In this document: piece by piece, positions 38,116 through 50,000 of the stretch
Numbering within the stretch: position 1 is the stretch's first letter
Layout of the letters: every line of letters starts with the position of its first letter
Assembly (NCBI RefSeq): GCF_020745735.1
Contig: NC_083409.1
Coordinates: 4,639,534-4,703,533, forward strand
Direction: 5' to 3'
DNA: 64,000 nt
Source of the DNA: Hemiscyllium ocellatum
Taxonomy: Eukaryota
Program-made: the position numbers and the translations under genes
Notes under the pieces: model-generated
Database searches by the model: none
Seen by the model: the letters and a program-made list of their open reading frames with translations, nothing else
Told to the model about the DNA's origin: nothing

Positions 38116-40251
38116 AGAAAAGTACTGTACAATCTCTTTGACCCTCCAAATCTGTTCCGATCCACATCCTCCACCTGAACCTGTTGCCTACTTTCTCAGA
38201 GTCTCTCTCCCTCTGCTCCCTGCCCATCCATGTATCAGTCGAGACATACCTTAATTGAGGCTACTGTGTGGTATATAGGCACAGTTTTCCTCTTATAAGT
38301 CCACGATCACTTTATCATTGAGAGGGTGTGGGTGCAGATACAAAACCAATTCACAACTTCCCCAAACCATCCCAAAGCCTCCCTGAGTACGGCTAGCAGT
38401 TCAGCGACCTCCAAACTCAATGTTGGTAACCTGAGGGAGACTTAAATACTCCACTGATGACAGATTACTGCCTGAGGGAAAATGATCTGTGGAAAGTGCG
38501 ATGTGCAAGTGTTTGGAGTTCATGGCTAAATGCAGGGCGGATGACGTTTAGTGCAGAGAAATGCGAGATTATCCACTTTTAGAGACAAAATACGAAGGAG
38601 GATCAAGAGGCAGAACAGGCAATAACTGGTAATGGATTGAATTTATCACGCATTTACTTGAAACGACAGTTCAGGTGAAACACTAAACAGATAGAATTCC
38701 TTTGGTGATGCTTGTGTCTTGTTTTTCCTTGGCAAACATGGTGATCTAGCCACTAGCTGAGGCACGGGACAATAAGTGGGGAGATAATTAAAATCCCATA
38801 GGTCTTTTTATAAGATCATATTGAATTCAAAAGTTCGAGAAAGTCTTGTGATACTGATGTAAGTGTGCAAAATTGATTATTACCTCAAAAATAACGCATA
38901 TGACAGAATGCTGCGAGCAAGAGGTGTTTGCACTGAGGAACCAGTGTTGGACATGTACACCTACTTGACAAATGTATTAGTGTGGCTTGACAGGACAAAA
39001 CACCATAGTTAAAACGATAATACATGGCACATAATTCATAGAAAAGCTGACTTTAAGACAGTAATCGTGACAGTAGTGACAGGAGGATAACAAAAATGTT
39101 ACTCACTTTGTAGAATTGTCTGGTACTGCACTATTTACTCGAAGCGTAGGGCAGCACTTGCGGTGTTATTGGCTCTGAATGTTTTGCTTACATCCCGGCC
39201 GCCTCAGACAATTTTATTAATTAGGCATAACAAGAGTTACCAAAATTACGGAAGAATGGAGGCAATTCCATGATTACATCCCACCAGGCGAGGATGGATG
39301 GCTTCTCAGCTTATCTTGGGGCTTCTATATTCCACATGTTTTGATTATTCTCATTGCCTTTGTTATTGATTGCTGTTTAGTTATGACCCTTCTTGGTACA
39401 TGTTATAAATGTTAACTGCCGGCTGCAACTCCCCTTGATGCTGGGCACAGAAACGCACGACCTATGGCTGTGACTGGTCTGGCGCCATGCTCACGCATGC
39501 TTCTGTCCATTCGAGGAGAATTGTAAATGAAAAACGAAGGCTTAATCAAATTTCTACTCAGCCTTGTTTTCCAAACAAAAACGTGATGCCGTGCTAGATT
39601 TGCTGCAAACAGATGTGCAGGAGGACCTCTGTGGTTACCGTTTCCGGTTCTGCTGCAAAGCTGAGACAGCCGTGACTTCCGCAGTCAGCGTTTAAGTAAA
39701 AACGCGAGACCTTTAGAGCTCTGTGTCCTGTAGGCTGTGTCATGTGATTAACTTGTGGTCCTTCATAAACCTGTGATAGTTGTCATAATATACGAGCATG
39801 CAGATTTGACTGTCATGTGGTCACATTCCTTAGCTTCTACCGAAGCCCGTTGTCTTTCATAAATGACTTTTGACTGACGTTGAAGTTTGAAATGTGGCAG
39901 AATTTTACATAAAACAACTGACAGCTACAATTATTGGACAGTACGTCTCTTTCACCTGAACAATAGTTGGCTTCTCCTAGTTTCCATTTTAGTGTATGAC
40001 TTGTCCAGTGGCTGAACGACTGGAAGTTGTGCACAGCCAAGGGACGCGATTTCTGCACGAGCATCGAAAATCACCAATGCTCACAGACGTGATTCGGTCG
40101 CTGAAAATGATTGATAACTGAAGTTCTATTTTCTTTCCTAATGAACGGTTGTCCGCGATCTCAAAACTAAACAAGCCAACAACTTTCAAAGACATCAGGT
40201 TTTCACGATCCGAGGGTCCAAATATCTCTAATTTGCTTTGATATATAATTT

Positions 40252-40575
40252 GGGTGACGCAGTGGCGAACACTGGCACCTCACAGTGCGAGAAAACCATG
40301 TTTGCTTCCACCCTCGTGTGACCGTCTGTGTGAATGTCTTACGTTCTCCACGAGTCTACCTGGGCTTCATCCCACAATCTAAAGACGTGCAGGTTACATT
40401 AATTGAATAGGCTAAACTGTGCAGAATGTTCAGTGATGTAAAGGTTAAGTGCATTAATCCGTTATAAATGTAGAGTAATATGGTAAGGATATTGGTCTGT
40501 GTGCGTTAGGGTTTGGATTTTTGGTGTGGACTTGGGACTTGGGTGAATGGCCTGTTTCTACAATATAGGGATTCT
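40252..40575 (+). mobile_element. Older HE1-type SINE
   Basis: Decayed A/B boxes, CCCACAATCTAAAGACGTGCAGGTTA core, GGGATTCT tail. Confidence 0.8.
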
Positions 40576-40884
40576 AAAATGCGTGGCCTTGATTTCCCAG
40601 CTCTGACTTTACTTGCCAATTCTCTACATTCACTTAAGTCTTCTCGTGTGTACACTATCCGTGTTCCAAATTTAGGCCTTTGTCCATTGAATAAAATTAT
40701 TACCGTCGATACCACTTTGTGAAATATAACCCTGTCCACTGCCTGTCATGTACTATCACGAATAGCTTTCATCTATGTGAGTTTGTAAGGTATAACGTGT
40801 GTCATCACATCTGCATACTGCACACTTCTGGAATGTGTAGTGGAATGCGATTAAGTTCGCAGCAAAGACAACAATAGGTTGTAG

Positions 40885-41113
40885 AAAAAGAACAAATTAG
40901 TGCGGATGCTGGAATCGGAAGCCAAAAGAAAAATTGCTGGAAAATCTCAGCAGGCCTGGCAGCATCTATAAGGAGAGAAAAGTACTGACATTTCGAGTCG
41001 AACTGACCTTTTGTCAGCTTTTACAAAGGGTCAGTCAGACACGGTATGTCAGCTGTTTTCTCACCTTACAGATGCTGCTAGGCCTGCTGAGATTCTTCAG
41101 CATTTTCTCTTGG
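40885..41113. mobile_element. Palindromic PLE-terminus-derived element
   Basis: TGCTGGAAAATCTCAGCAGGCCTGGCAGCATCT inverted as AGATGCTGCTAGGCCTGCTGAGATTCTTCAGCA; centre at ~41017. Confidence 0.8.
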
Positions 41114-41499
41114 TAATAGGTTGCAGAAATGTGCATCAGCATATCGCGATAAAATGTTCACTTAATAATCAGTGGGAGTCGCACATAATCATAGCCCTCA
41201 TAAGTGAATGATAATCGTTAAATCTTGTAAGGATGCGACGAGGAGTAATTTCATAACCTGGACTCTGTTGGGCTTATGGCATTCCCTATGACATTTACGA
41301 CGTGTGGACAAAGTATAATGTATTTTAGAATTAGAGGTGCCATACAAGAACGAATTAGTAGCAGGACATTTTCAAAATTACCGTGAAATCATGTGCAACT
41401 TGCAAGATTGGTGAAAGGGACATCTTGCTTCTACCTTTACTGAGATAATTGCCAACGGTTTAGTCAAAGGGGGCAGGATGGACTGCAATTGTAATGAAC

Positions 41500-42130
41500 A
41501 AATGGAATGTGCTCAAATCGTTGCCAAAACTTGATTTTGATTATATTAATAATTCCAAATTCTGGGGTTGCACTGTTTCCATTCACAGTGAATTGACAAA
41601 TAAGAGGAAAGAATCCGATCAGATCGGCGATCTTGAGATTGCTGAACTCTAACCACCAGGGTACATATGGAAATCGCCCACACATATTGAGGAATTGGTT
41701 GGAAGGGAGCACATGGCGAAATCTCATGATGCTGAGCAGTAGGAAAACCATACAGTGAGATCTGACGACAATTGTGGGCTCTTTACTCCCAAAGGCAATG
41801 TTTGCATTGCAGATTGTTCAGAAACGTCTCAAGAGGGACATTCCTGGGATGAATGAAATTTTCTAAGCGAATTGGAAACCTGTAAGAGTTTCTCTGAATG
41901 AAACGCTAAAAAGAAATCAATAAAGAGAGTGAAATGGTAGATGCTGTGTATTATTTTATTTGTCTTTGCCGGCGAAGCTACAATTCAGAAAGCAATTTCA
42001 AAATAAGTTTTCATCCATTCAACAGGCAATAAGAAGTGGTGTCCTTCTTTCATGAGGTCGTCAGAGTCCGGAATTATTTCTTAGAGGTCAATGGACACTC
42101 TATTATTATATTTATTGGATGCAGGTACAG
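41500..42130 (+). mobile_element. Very decayed CR1 fragments
   Basis: NWLEGST-like RT piece, VQKRLKRDIPGM, FFHEVVRVRN. Confidence 0.5.
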
Positions 42131-42719
42131 AGCTGTCATTGACAAGAAACTCAGTTTTGTGAAGCGGCAGTCAGGAAACTGCATTGACGCTGCGAAGACA
42201 CAGACAACAAATATTTGTCAGCAAATGCTGTAAGTGGAGGAGAATACAGCGAATTACACAGGACTTGTACAGGAAGACATTACAACGGAAGAACAGCTTG
42301 CGAGAGCCGTCCAGAAACATGCCTCCACTTCTGCGTTGGAAACCTAAATGTAAAATGACAATCCAGGAAAATAGGGATAATTACAAACTGTGCTAACGCC
42401 CAGGTGACAACAGATTGATCGCCTTGTATGGGGAGCTTCCCCATTCCCTCACCCGCCGACACTGTCGTGTTCTTGGTGGATGAGGACCGGCAGCTAACGG
42501 TTACAGATGCATCTCTGCTGGTGCCTGCCCGAGCAGCACACACGTAGAAAGCTGGATAAGTGTAGATACACATTTATAGATTTTTGTAATTCTTGCATTT
42601 CAATCGATGAGGGGAGGACGACAAGACACGCCTTTACATCCCTTTATGTCAAAGCAGATTAAAATACCTGTCACAACCCCCACCCTCGAATATAATCAAA
42701 ATTTTCACTTGAAGTAAGC

Positions 42720-43950
42720 AGTTATGTCAGGTGTGAAGTTATAACAAGGGAGCAGATTTTGCAGGGTTGATTTCTGTCAGAAGCATAGTTGTGTTGACCT
42801 TTTTTTTCTGTTCGGGACGAGGCATATTCGGGGTAGTTGTGTCAGAAGTGGGGCCATATCAGCTTCTATGCGGTGTCATGCGTCATCAGGTAAGGGGGTT
42901 GTCATGTTCGGGTCTAGGCCGGCCTGAGGTATTCACGTCAGGATGTTAGTCATGACATGGACAGTTTGATCGGTGTGGGCGTGTCAATGGATCGTGCTGA
43001 CAGGGATGAGTCATTTCCGTTAATAGAGGGTTTTATGTCAGTAGGTGATTGGATCATGAGGCGGGTATTGTTCAAGGATAGACATTTTGTTTGCAGTTGT
43101 ATCAGGATATAGTTATTTCACGTTATTTGTGTTCGGCGGATATTTTGTGGGGTTCGTCAGCTCAGCAGTAGTCATGTCAGGGGATCGTCACCCCAGGACA
43201 TAATCACATCAGGGGCAATTATGATGGTTTAGATGTGTTGGGGTAGTCCTCTCTGCGTGCAGTCGTGACAGGGGCAGTCAGGTCCTGAGCCATTTTTTCA
43301 GGGGTACGCTTATTGTGGGTAACTATGATCTGGGGCCATATATATACTGTTTAACATTAACTGCATCGACATAGTTCTATCAATAGTCAGAATGCCAGGG
43401 GATAACCGGACCGGGGTTTTGAAGTATTATGGCAGTCATATCTGGTTTTATCAATGTCAAGCTCATCTGCGTCACGGTCGAGCATGTCAGGAGATAACTC
43501 TGTTTCGGGACAGCTATGTAAATCGGCATTTTTGTTGGGGTGCAGCAGTGTCATGGTGGGGAAACAAGTCGGAAGTGTAACTTTGTCAAGGGGCAGCCAT
43601 GTGAGAGGATAGTCATGTTGGGGCATATTCTTGCAGGGAAGGTTGTGAATGAGTGTAGTCTTATCATTGGGTAATCAAGTCGGGAGGTTAGTTATGTCAG
43701 GGAATAGACATGCTGAAGAACAGTCATATCAGGCTATAGTCGTGTCCAGGAAGTCTTCTCATTTGACAGTTGTCTCAGAATAATTGTTTGATGGAATATC
43801 CATGTCAGGGATTCATAAGGTGCGCAGAAATATATTAAACAGTTGTCACATCAGGAAATAGTTGTAATGCGACACCAGTATTTGGCGGTCGTCGTGCTTG
43901 GGTGGTAATCATATTGGGGGGAGTCGTGTCAATATGTAATAATATCAGCA
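42720..43950. repeat. Degenerate ~16-bp minisatellite
   Basis: Recurrent AGTCATGTCAGGGG. Confidence 0.75.
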
Positions 43951-44149
43951 CAGTAGATTTCTGGTGTAGCCAAACCAGGGGAAAGGAGGCTAGTTGATAA
44001 GTTGGTAGTTCATTTCGTCAGATGGTTTCGAGAGGAGCAGGTGGTCAGATCGGTGATTTGGCTTTCAGCCATTTCTGTGTGGGTGAAATTTGAAGCAATT
44101 CAGAGAGGGGAGTTCGCCATATAAAGGCTCAGGAAAGGTCTCTGGCTAT

Positions 44150-46660
44150 GTGCTGTATCTATGCCCCTTATTACCTGGGTGGCACAGTGGTTAGCACTGC
44201 TGCCTCACAGCGCCAGAGACCCGGGTTTAATTCCCGCCTCAGGCGACTGAGAGTGTGGAGTTTGCATGCTCTCCACGTGTGCGCGTGGGTTTCCTCCAGG
44301 TGCTCCGGTTTCCTCCCACAGTCCAAACATGTGCGGGTCCAGTGAATTGGCCATGCTAAATTGTCGTAGTGTTAGGTAAGGGGTAATGTATAGGTGGGCT
44401 GTGCTTTAGCGGGTCGGTGTGGATTTGTTGGGCCGAAGGGCCTTTTCCACTCTGTAAGTCATCTAATCTACCTTGTGCCTCTCTACCAAGTCACCTCTCT
44501 TCCATCTTCTCTCCAGAGTGAAAAGACCGAGCTCACTCAACCTGTCTTCATATGACGATCCTCCAATACAGGCAGCATTCTGGTAAATCTAATCTTTGTC
44601 CCCTCTAAAGCATTTACATTCTTCCTACGGTGAGGCGACCAGAACTGAACTCAATATTTCAAGTGCAGTCTAACCATAATGTAAAAGAGCTGCAACAAAA
44701 CCTCGTGGCTGTTAAATGTAATTCCTCAGTTAAGAAACTTAACACTTTGGTGGCACCTTTGAAGGATCTATGAGCGTGGACACAAGATCCCGCGGTTCCC
44801 CCACACTGCCAAGAATACTTTATTTTTATCGGTTTGATCAGCATTCAAATTCGAACTTCCGAAATGAATCAATTCGCATTTATCCGGGTCGAACTCCATC
44901 TGCACATGATCAGCTCAGCTCTGCATTATTTCAATGTCTTCGTGTAGACTGCAACAGCCCTTAACACTACCTACAACTTGACCAAACGTTTTGTGATCCG
45001 CCAACTTCTGAACCCACGCTTGCACTTCTTTATCCATTCATTCATGCAAACTGCAAAGAGCAGAGGGACAACAGATCCCTATCGGACACCACTGGTCACC
45101 AAACCCCTGGCGGAATAATTGTCCTCCACTGCCACTCGCTGTCATCTTTTTCCCAGCCGATTCTGTATCCAGGCAGCGAAATTCCCCTGCTTCCCGTATC
45201 TCCTAACTTTCTGAATGAGCCTACTATCGGGAACATTCTCCAGTGCCTTACAGAAATCCATTTTCTCCAAATCCACTGCTCAACCCTTCGTCGAATTGTC
45301 TTGTCACATCTTCCAAGATGACAAGAAGTCTTGTGAGGCATGACCTGCCCCTCACAATCCATGCTAACTTTAACCAAACTGTGTTTTTACAAATAATCAT
45401 AAATCTTATGTCTCAGAATCCATTCCATTTCGTTACTTAGCACAAACTTAAGACTAACTGATCTGTAATTCCAACGAATTCTTTACTCCCATTCTTGAAC
45501 AGAAGAACACCATTCACCTCCTACAATCATCCGGAGCTAATCACATAGATAGTGAGGATGCAAAGATCATCGTCATAGTCGCAAATATTTCAATTCCTGC
45601 TTTTCTTTGTACCCTTGTATATATTTCGTCCGGCCATGGGACTTATCAATCTTAAAGTTTCTCAGAATTTCCAGCACATCCACTTGCTTAATATCAATCT
45701 GTGCAATCCTATTAACCTGGTTTACTGTGTTCTCACGATCAATAAGGTCACTCCCTCTCGTGAATACGGAAGCAAAATACTCAGTTAGGGTCTCCACTAC
45801 CTCTTCAGACTCTAGGCACACGTTCCCATTAATATCCCTGTTCGGCATACGCTTTCATTGATCATTCTCTTATTCTTCAAGTGAGTATGTTTCGACATTG
45901 TGTTATCCATAATTCTTCCTGCCAAGGCTTTTTTTGTGTGTCCTCCCACCTCTCCTCTGTCCATTTTTGAATTCATTCCTAGATGCACTATAATCCTCTG
46001 AAGCTGTGCGAGATCCTTGGTTCTTCAACCATACACAAACTTCTTTCTTGCTCTTGACGATAAAATCTTTTCTTTTCATCCAAGGCATCTGCACCTCATC
46101 ATTCCTTTCTTGTCTCAGTGGGACAAATTTATCCAACATTCGCAACAAGTGCTCCTTGAAATGCGTCCACGTTTCTTTTGCGCTTTTACCGTAGAACAAT
46201 TACCCCCAATTTAAACTCCACAGCTCCGAACTAATAATTTCTCCTCCGCCAATTGAATAACTTCTCATACTGTCTGTTCCTATCCTACTCCATGGCTATC
46301 GCAAAGTTGAGGCTGTTGTGGCCACTGTAACCGAAAATATCCCCAACCAAGAGATCTGACAACTGACCTCGTTTGTTGCCTAGCACCGAACGCAATCTGA
46401 TCTCCCCCCTCCCCCCAGTGGACCTACCTACACATTGAGTAAGGAATCCCTCCTGGACACTTCTGACAAAATCGGCTCCATCCAAAACATTTGCACTGAG
46501 AAGGTTTGATCAATACTGGGCAAGTTGAAGTAATTCGTAAGGCCAATTCGGTTTCATCTGTACCTTTTCGAGATCTGCTGTTCAGTCTCTTCTTCTGAAT
46601 CTCGAATGTTATTGGTGGGGTTTATAGAAAGCACCCAATAAATTGACTGCTCCTTTCAGA
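44150..46660 (-). mobile_element. CR1 LINE, endonuclease through RT, with deletions
   Basis: GADFVRSVQEGFLTQ, YSGHNSL, LTEYFASVFT, IDKSHG, LDCT/EYxVLV region on the minus strand. Confidence 0.9.
44177..44468 (+). mobile_element. HE1-type SINE nested in the CR1
   Basis: A/B boxes, HE1 core; TACCT at 44172-44176 and 44469-44473 (TSD). Confidence 0.93.
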
Positions 46661-46664
46661 GAGT

Positions 46665-47060
46665 AATGAACTCAAACGAGACATTCACAAAGGCCCACCT
46701 CCCATCTATAGGCACCATCTACCAGGCCCGCTGTCAAAGAAAGTCCGCCAGCATTCTCAAAATTCCAACGCACCCTGGCAATGCTTTCTACAAGCTATAC
46801 CACCGAGGAGAAGGTACACACGCACCATCTGGTTTCGAAACAGATTCTCCCCTCCTATTGATAGAATACTGAATGGAATGACAAAATCTGGGCATTAGCC
46901 AGTACCTGTGTTCAAGTGTTTGCTGCTGTTTACCTATTATTTCCTTATATATGCTATTTAACTATGTGATCTACCTGTATTGCTCACAAGCAAGACAAAG
47001 CTTTTTACTATGCTTCAGTATACATGACAATAAATGCAATTCTATCGAATCAATTCAATC
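46665..47060 (+). mobile_element. Rex1/Babar-type LINE 3' end
   Basis: LPSIGTIYQARCQRKSASILKIPTHPGNAF; CATGACAATAAA and (ATTCA)n-like tail. Confidence 0.8.
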
Positions 47061-50000
47061 CTCACTTTGTATACTTTCACTCCCTGTAACTTCCCACTCC
47101 CACACACTATCTCAATTCTTCACCACCACGCTCTCCCTCAGCCTATCTCCCTTGCATACATTCTCTCTCTCTTCCTTAACACAATACTTTCTCTTTCTGT
47201 CCCTCCCACCCCCACACTCTCTCCCTCTCTCACCATCCGACGATCAGTCTCTGAATAACTTCTTCTTTATCCCTCTCACTGTTCCTCGAACACTTTCTCT
47301 CTGTCTCTTTCCCCATCCCTGTCACTTTCTATGCCACACTACTCTCTCTCACGCTCTACATCGTGCACTCATGCCTAAACACATTTTCTCTTCCTCTCTG
47401 TCCCAAAGACACTCTCTCCCTTACCGCACACGCTCTCTCCCTCTCTCTCCCGCTGACCCGACAATCTCACTCACCCTCCACCTGCTTCTAAAATCTCACT
47501 TTCTCCTCTCTCTTCATCCCACACTCTATTCCTAACGTCTCCATCCTCTCTTTCCCTCACCCTTTCCCTCACTTTCTCTTCCCTCCTTCTCCCAAGCACT
47601 ACTCCCTCTCTCTCCAGTCCCTACAAATTGGCTCACTCTTCCTTACCCCACGGTCACACTCACCCCGACGCCTCCCACAGACTCTCTCACTGCCCACTCG
47701 AAAATCTCTCTCACTCGCCTGCTCTCTTGCACAATCTGTCTCGTTCACCCTCCACCACTTTAAGAATGTCCTGTCTCCACGGTCTCTCCCTACACTCTCT
47801 CCCTCCCTCTCACCACACTTTCCCATTCCCTATCCCTTCTGCCATACTCGCACTCTCTCTTTCTTCTTCTGCCCCACATACACACTCTCTCTATGCCTAT
47901 CTCTTTCACTCGCTAAGTTGAGCAATACTTTCTCTCTCCAGCTCTCCCACCCCACACACTTTGTCTCCATCTCCATCTCCCACTCTCTCTCCATAACCGC
48001 TCCACACTCTCTCAACTTCTCCACTTTCCACATACTCGTTCTCCCCTAATCGCCGATAAACCACTCCCTTTCTCTCTCTTACTCCTCCCTTGCATTCTCT
48101 CTCACCTCTACCCACAACTCTCTCTCTCTCTCTCTCGTGCAACTCCCTACCACTCTATCGATCTTGGTCATCCCTGCCACAGCATGTGTGCCCTTCCATA
48201 TCCTCCCGGACATTGTCTCTCTCGCTCTCTCCCTCTTCTTCCAAGCTCTCTATCTCTCCCTTCCCTCTTCCATACTGTCTCTCCAACTTCCGCCACTCTC
48301 TATACCTCTCCCTCGCCCATCCCATGCTGTCCAACTCACACTCCCCCTTCCACACTCTCTTTCTCTAGCCCCTCCTACTCAGTCTCTCGCTACCGACCTC
48401 CTCCAACACAGTCATCCTTCTCTTTCTCTCCTTTTCTCTCACACGTTCTGCCACCCCCCCACACCCACGCACTCTCCCTCCCACTCCCACATGTTCCATC
48501 CACATCTCTTCCATCCACACCACACCACCGACACTCTCACTCCCGTCCTCCCACATTTTCTCTCTCTCCCTCATCCTTGTCACTGTCTGTCTCTCTGTTA
48601 CTCACCACTGCACTCTGTCTGCCTACCCCTCCCCCACTCTCTCTCTACCTCCTTTTATTCCACACTCTGTGTCCCCGACAAAATATTCCCTCACTGACTC
48701 TACGCTCCCATACTCTCTCTTAGCCACCACACAAACTATCTGTCTCTCTCTTACCCCCTTCCAAAGTCTGTCTCTCCCTCGTCCCAGCCACACACTTCTT
48801 GTCTGTCTACCCCCTCCGACACTCTTTTCCTCCGCTCACGAACACTCGCTCTCTCTCACTTCCCAATCCACTCTCCGTTTGTTACCAACCTACTCTCTTT
48901 CTCCCTCACCATCCACACTCTGCCTCTCTCCCAATCTACTCGCAACCTCTCTCTTTCTCTCTCCCCATACTCTGTCTAATCACTCACACCCTCCATTGCA
49001 CAGACACACTTTCTCCCTCTCTTCCTCCCCCCACACTCTGTCACTATCTCTCTTCATACAGTCCCAAAGCTTCTCTCTCCGTCTGTCTCTGAATTTCCAC
49101 GACACACTATCTTTTTCATTCAACCCCGGACAGTCTCTTTCTGTCACTCTGTCCCTATCCAACAGGTTCACTCTCCCTCCCTGTTCCCGATACTCTCCCT
49201 CGCCCCACAATGGATCGCTCACTCCCCTGACACTTGCCCCCTCAATCCCCCTCCAACACACAGTATCTCTCTCTCCGTCATCCCTCGCCGCACGCTACCT
49301 CTTTTCTTTATTCCCTCCCACATACTGTCTCTCTGTGTTCCTCCCCTGTAACGGCTTTCTCTCTCCCTCCTGGCCCATTACATGCTCTCTCCACACAACC
49401 GCTCTCTCATTCTCCGACATCCTACTCTCTCCCTTTCTCACTTCCCCTCCCTCACACAATCACTCTCCCTCGGCCCTTGCCACATTCTCTGTCTCTTCCT
49501 CACATCTCCTCCCTCTGCATGCCCCTCCCACAATCTCTCTCTCCTCCACCCCGCCCACAGTCTCTCCCTCCCCGACCTCCACACAATCTTTCCCTTTGTC
49601 TCGACCCCTCTGCACATTTTCCTTGTCTCCCTTGCCCTCATTCCAGTCTCTCTCCCTATGTCCCTCCCACATACACTCTCCCTAGCACCATACCAATCAA
49701 TCTTTCTCTCTCTACATCAACTCTCAATCTCGGTCTCTTAAGTCCTCCCTCCGCCACACTCAATCCCTCTTGTCCCATACAAATGATCTCTCCCTCCCCG
49801 CCACACACACACATTTGTTCACTCGCTCCCACTCTCTCCTCCTCTCTCCCTCTCCGCCTTAACAATCTCTCTGTCCCCTTTGTGATTTTCCCTCTGACTA
49901 TCTCGCTCTCACTCCCCCTCACGCTCCCTATCTCCCTCACTCCTCCGACACTATTGCATTCTTTCCCTCCCCCACACCCACACTCTGTCTCTATCCACCC

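Noticed and set aside
42500-42551. YVCAAR as the end of an Ig/TCR V segment
   Set aside because: No upstream C or W framework residues, and no CACAGTG heptamer or nonamer following it
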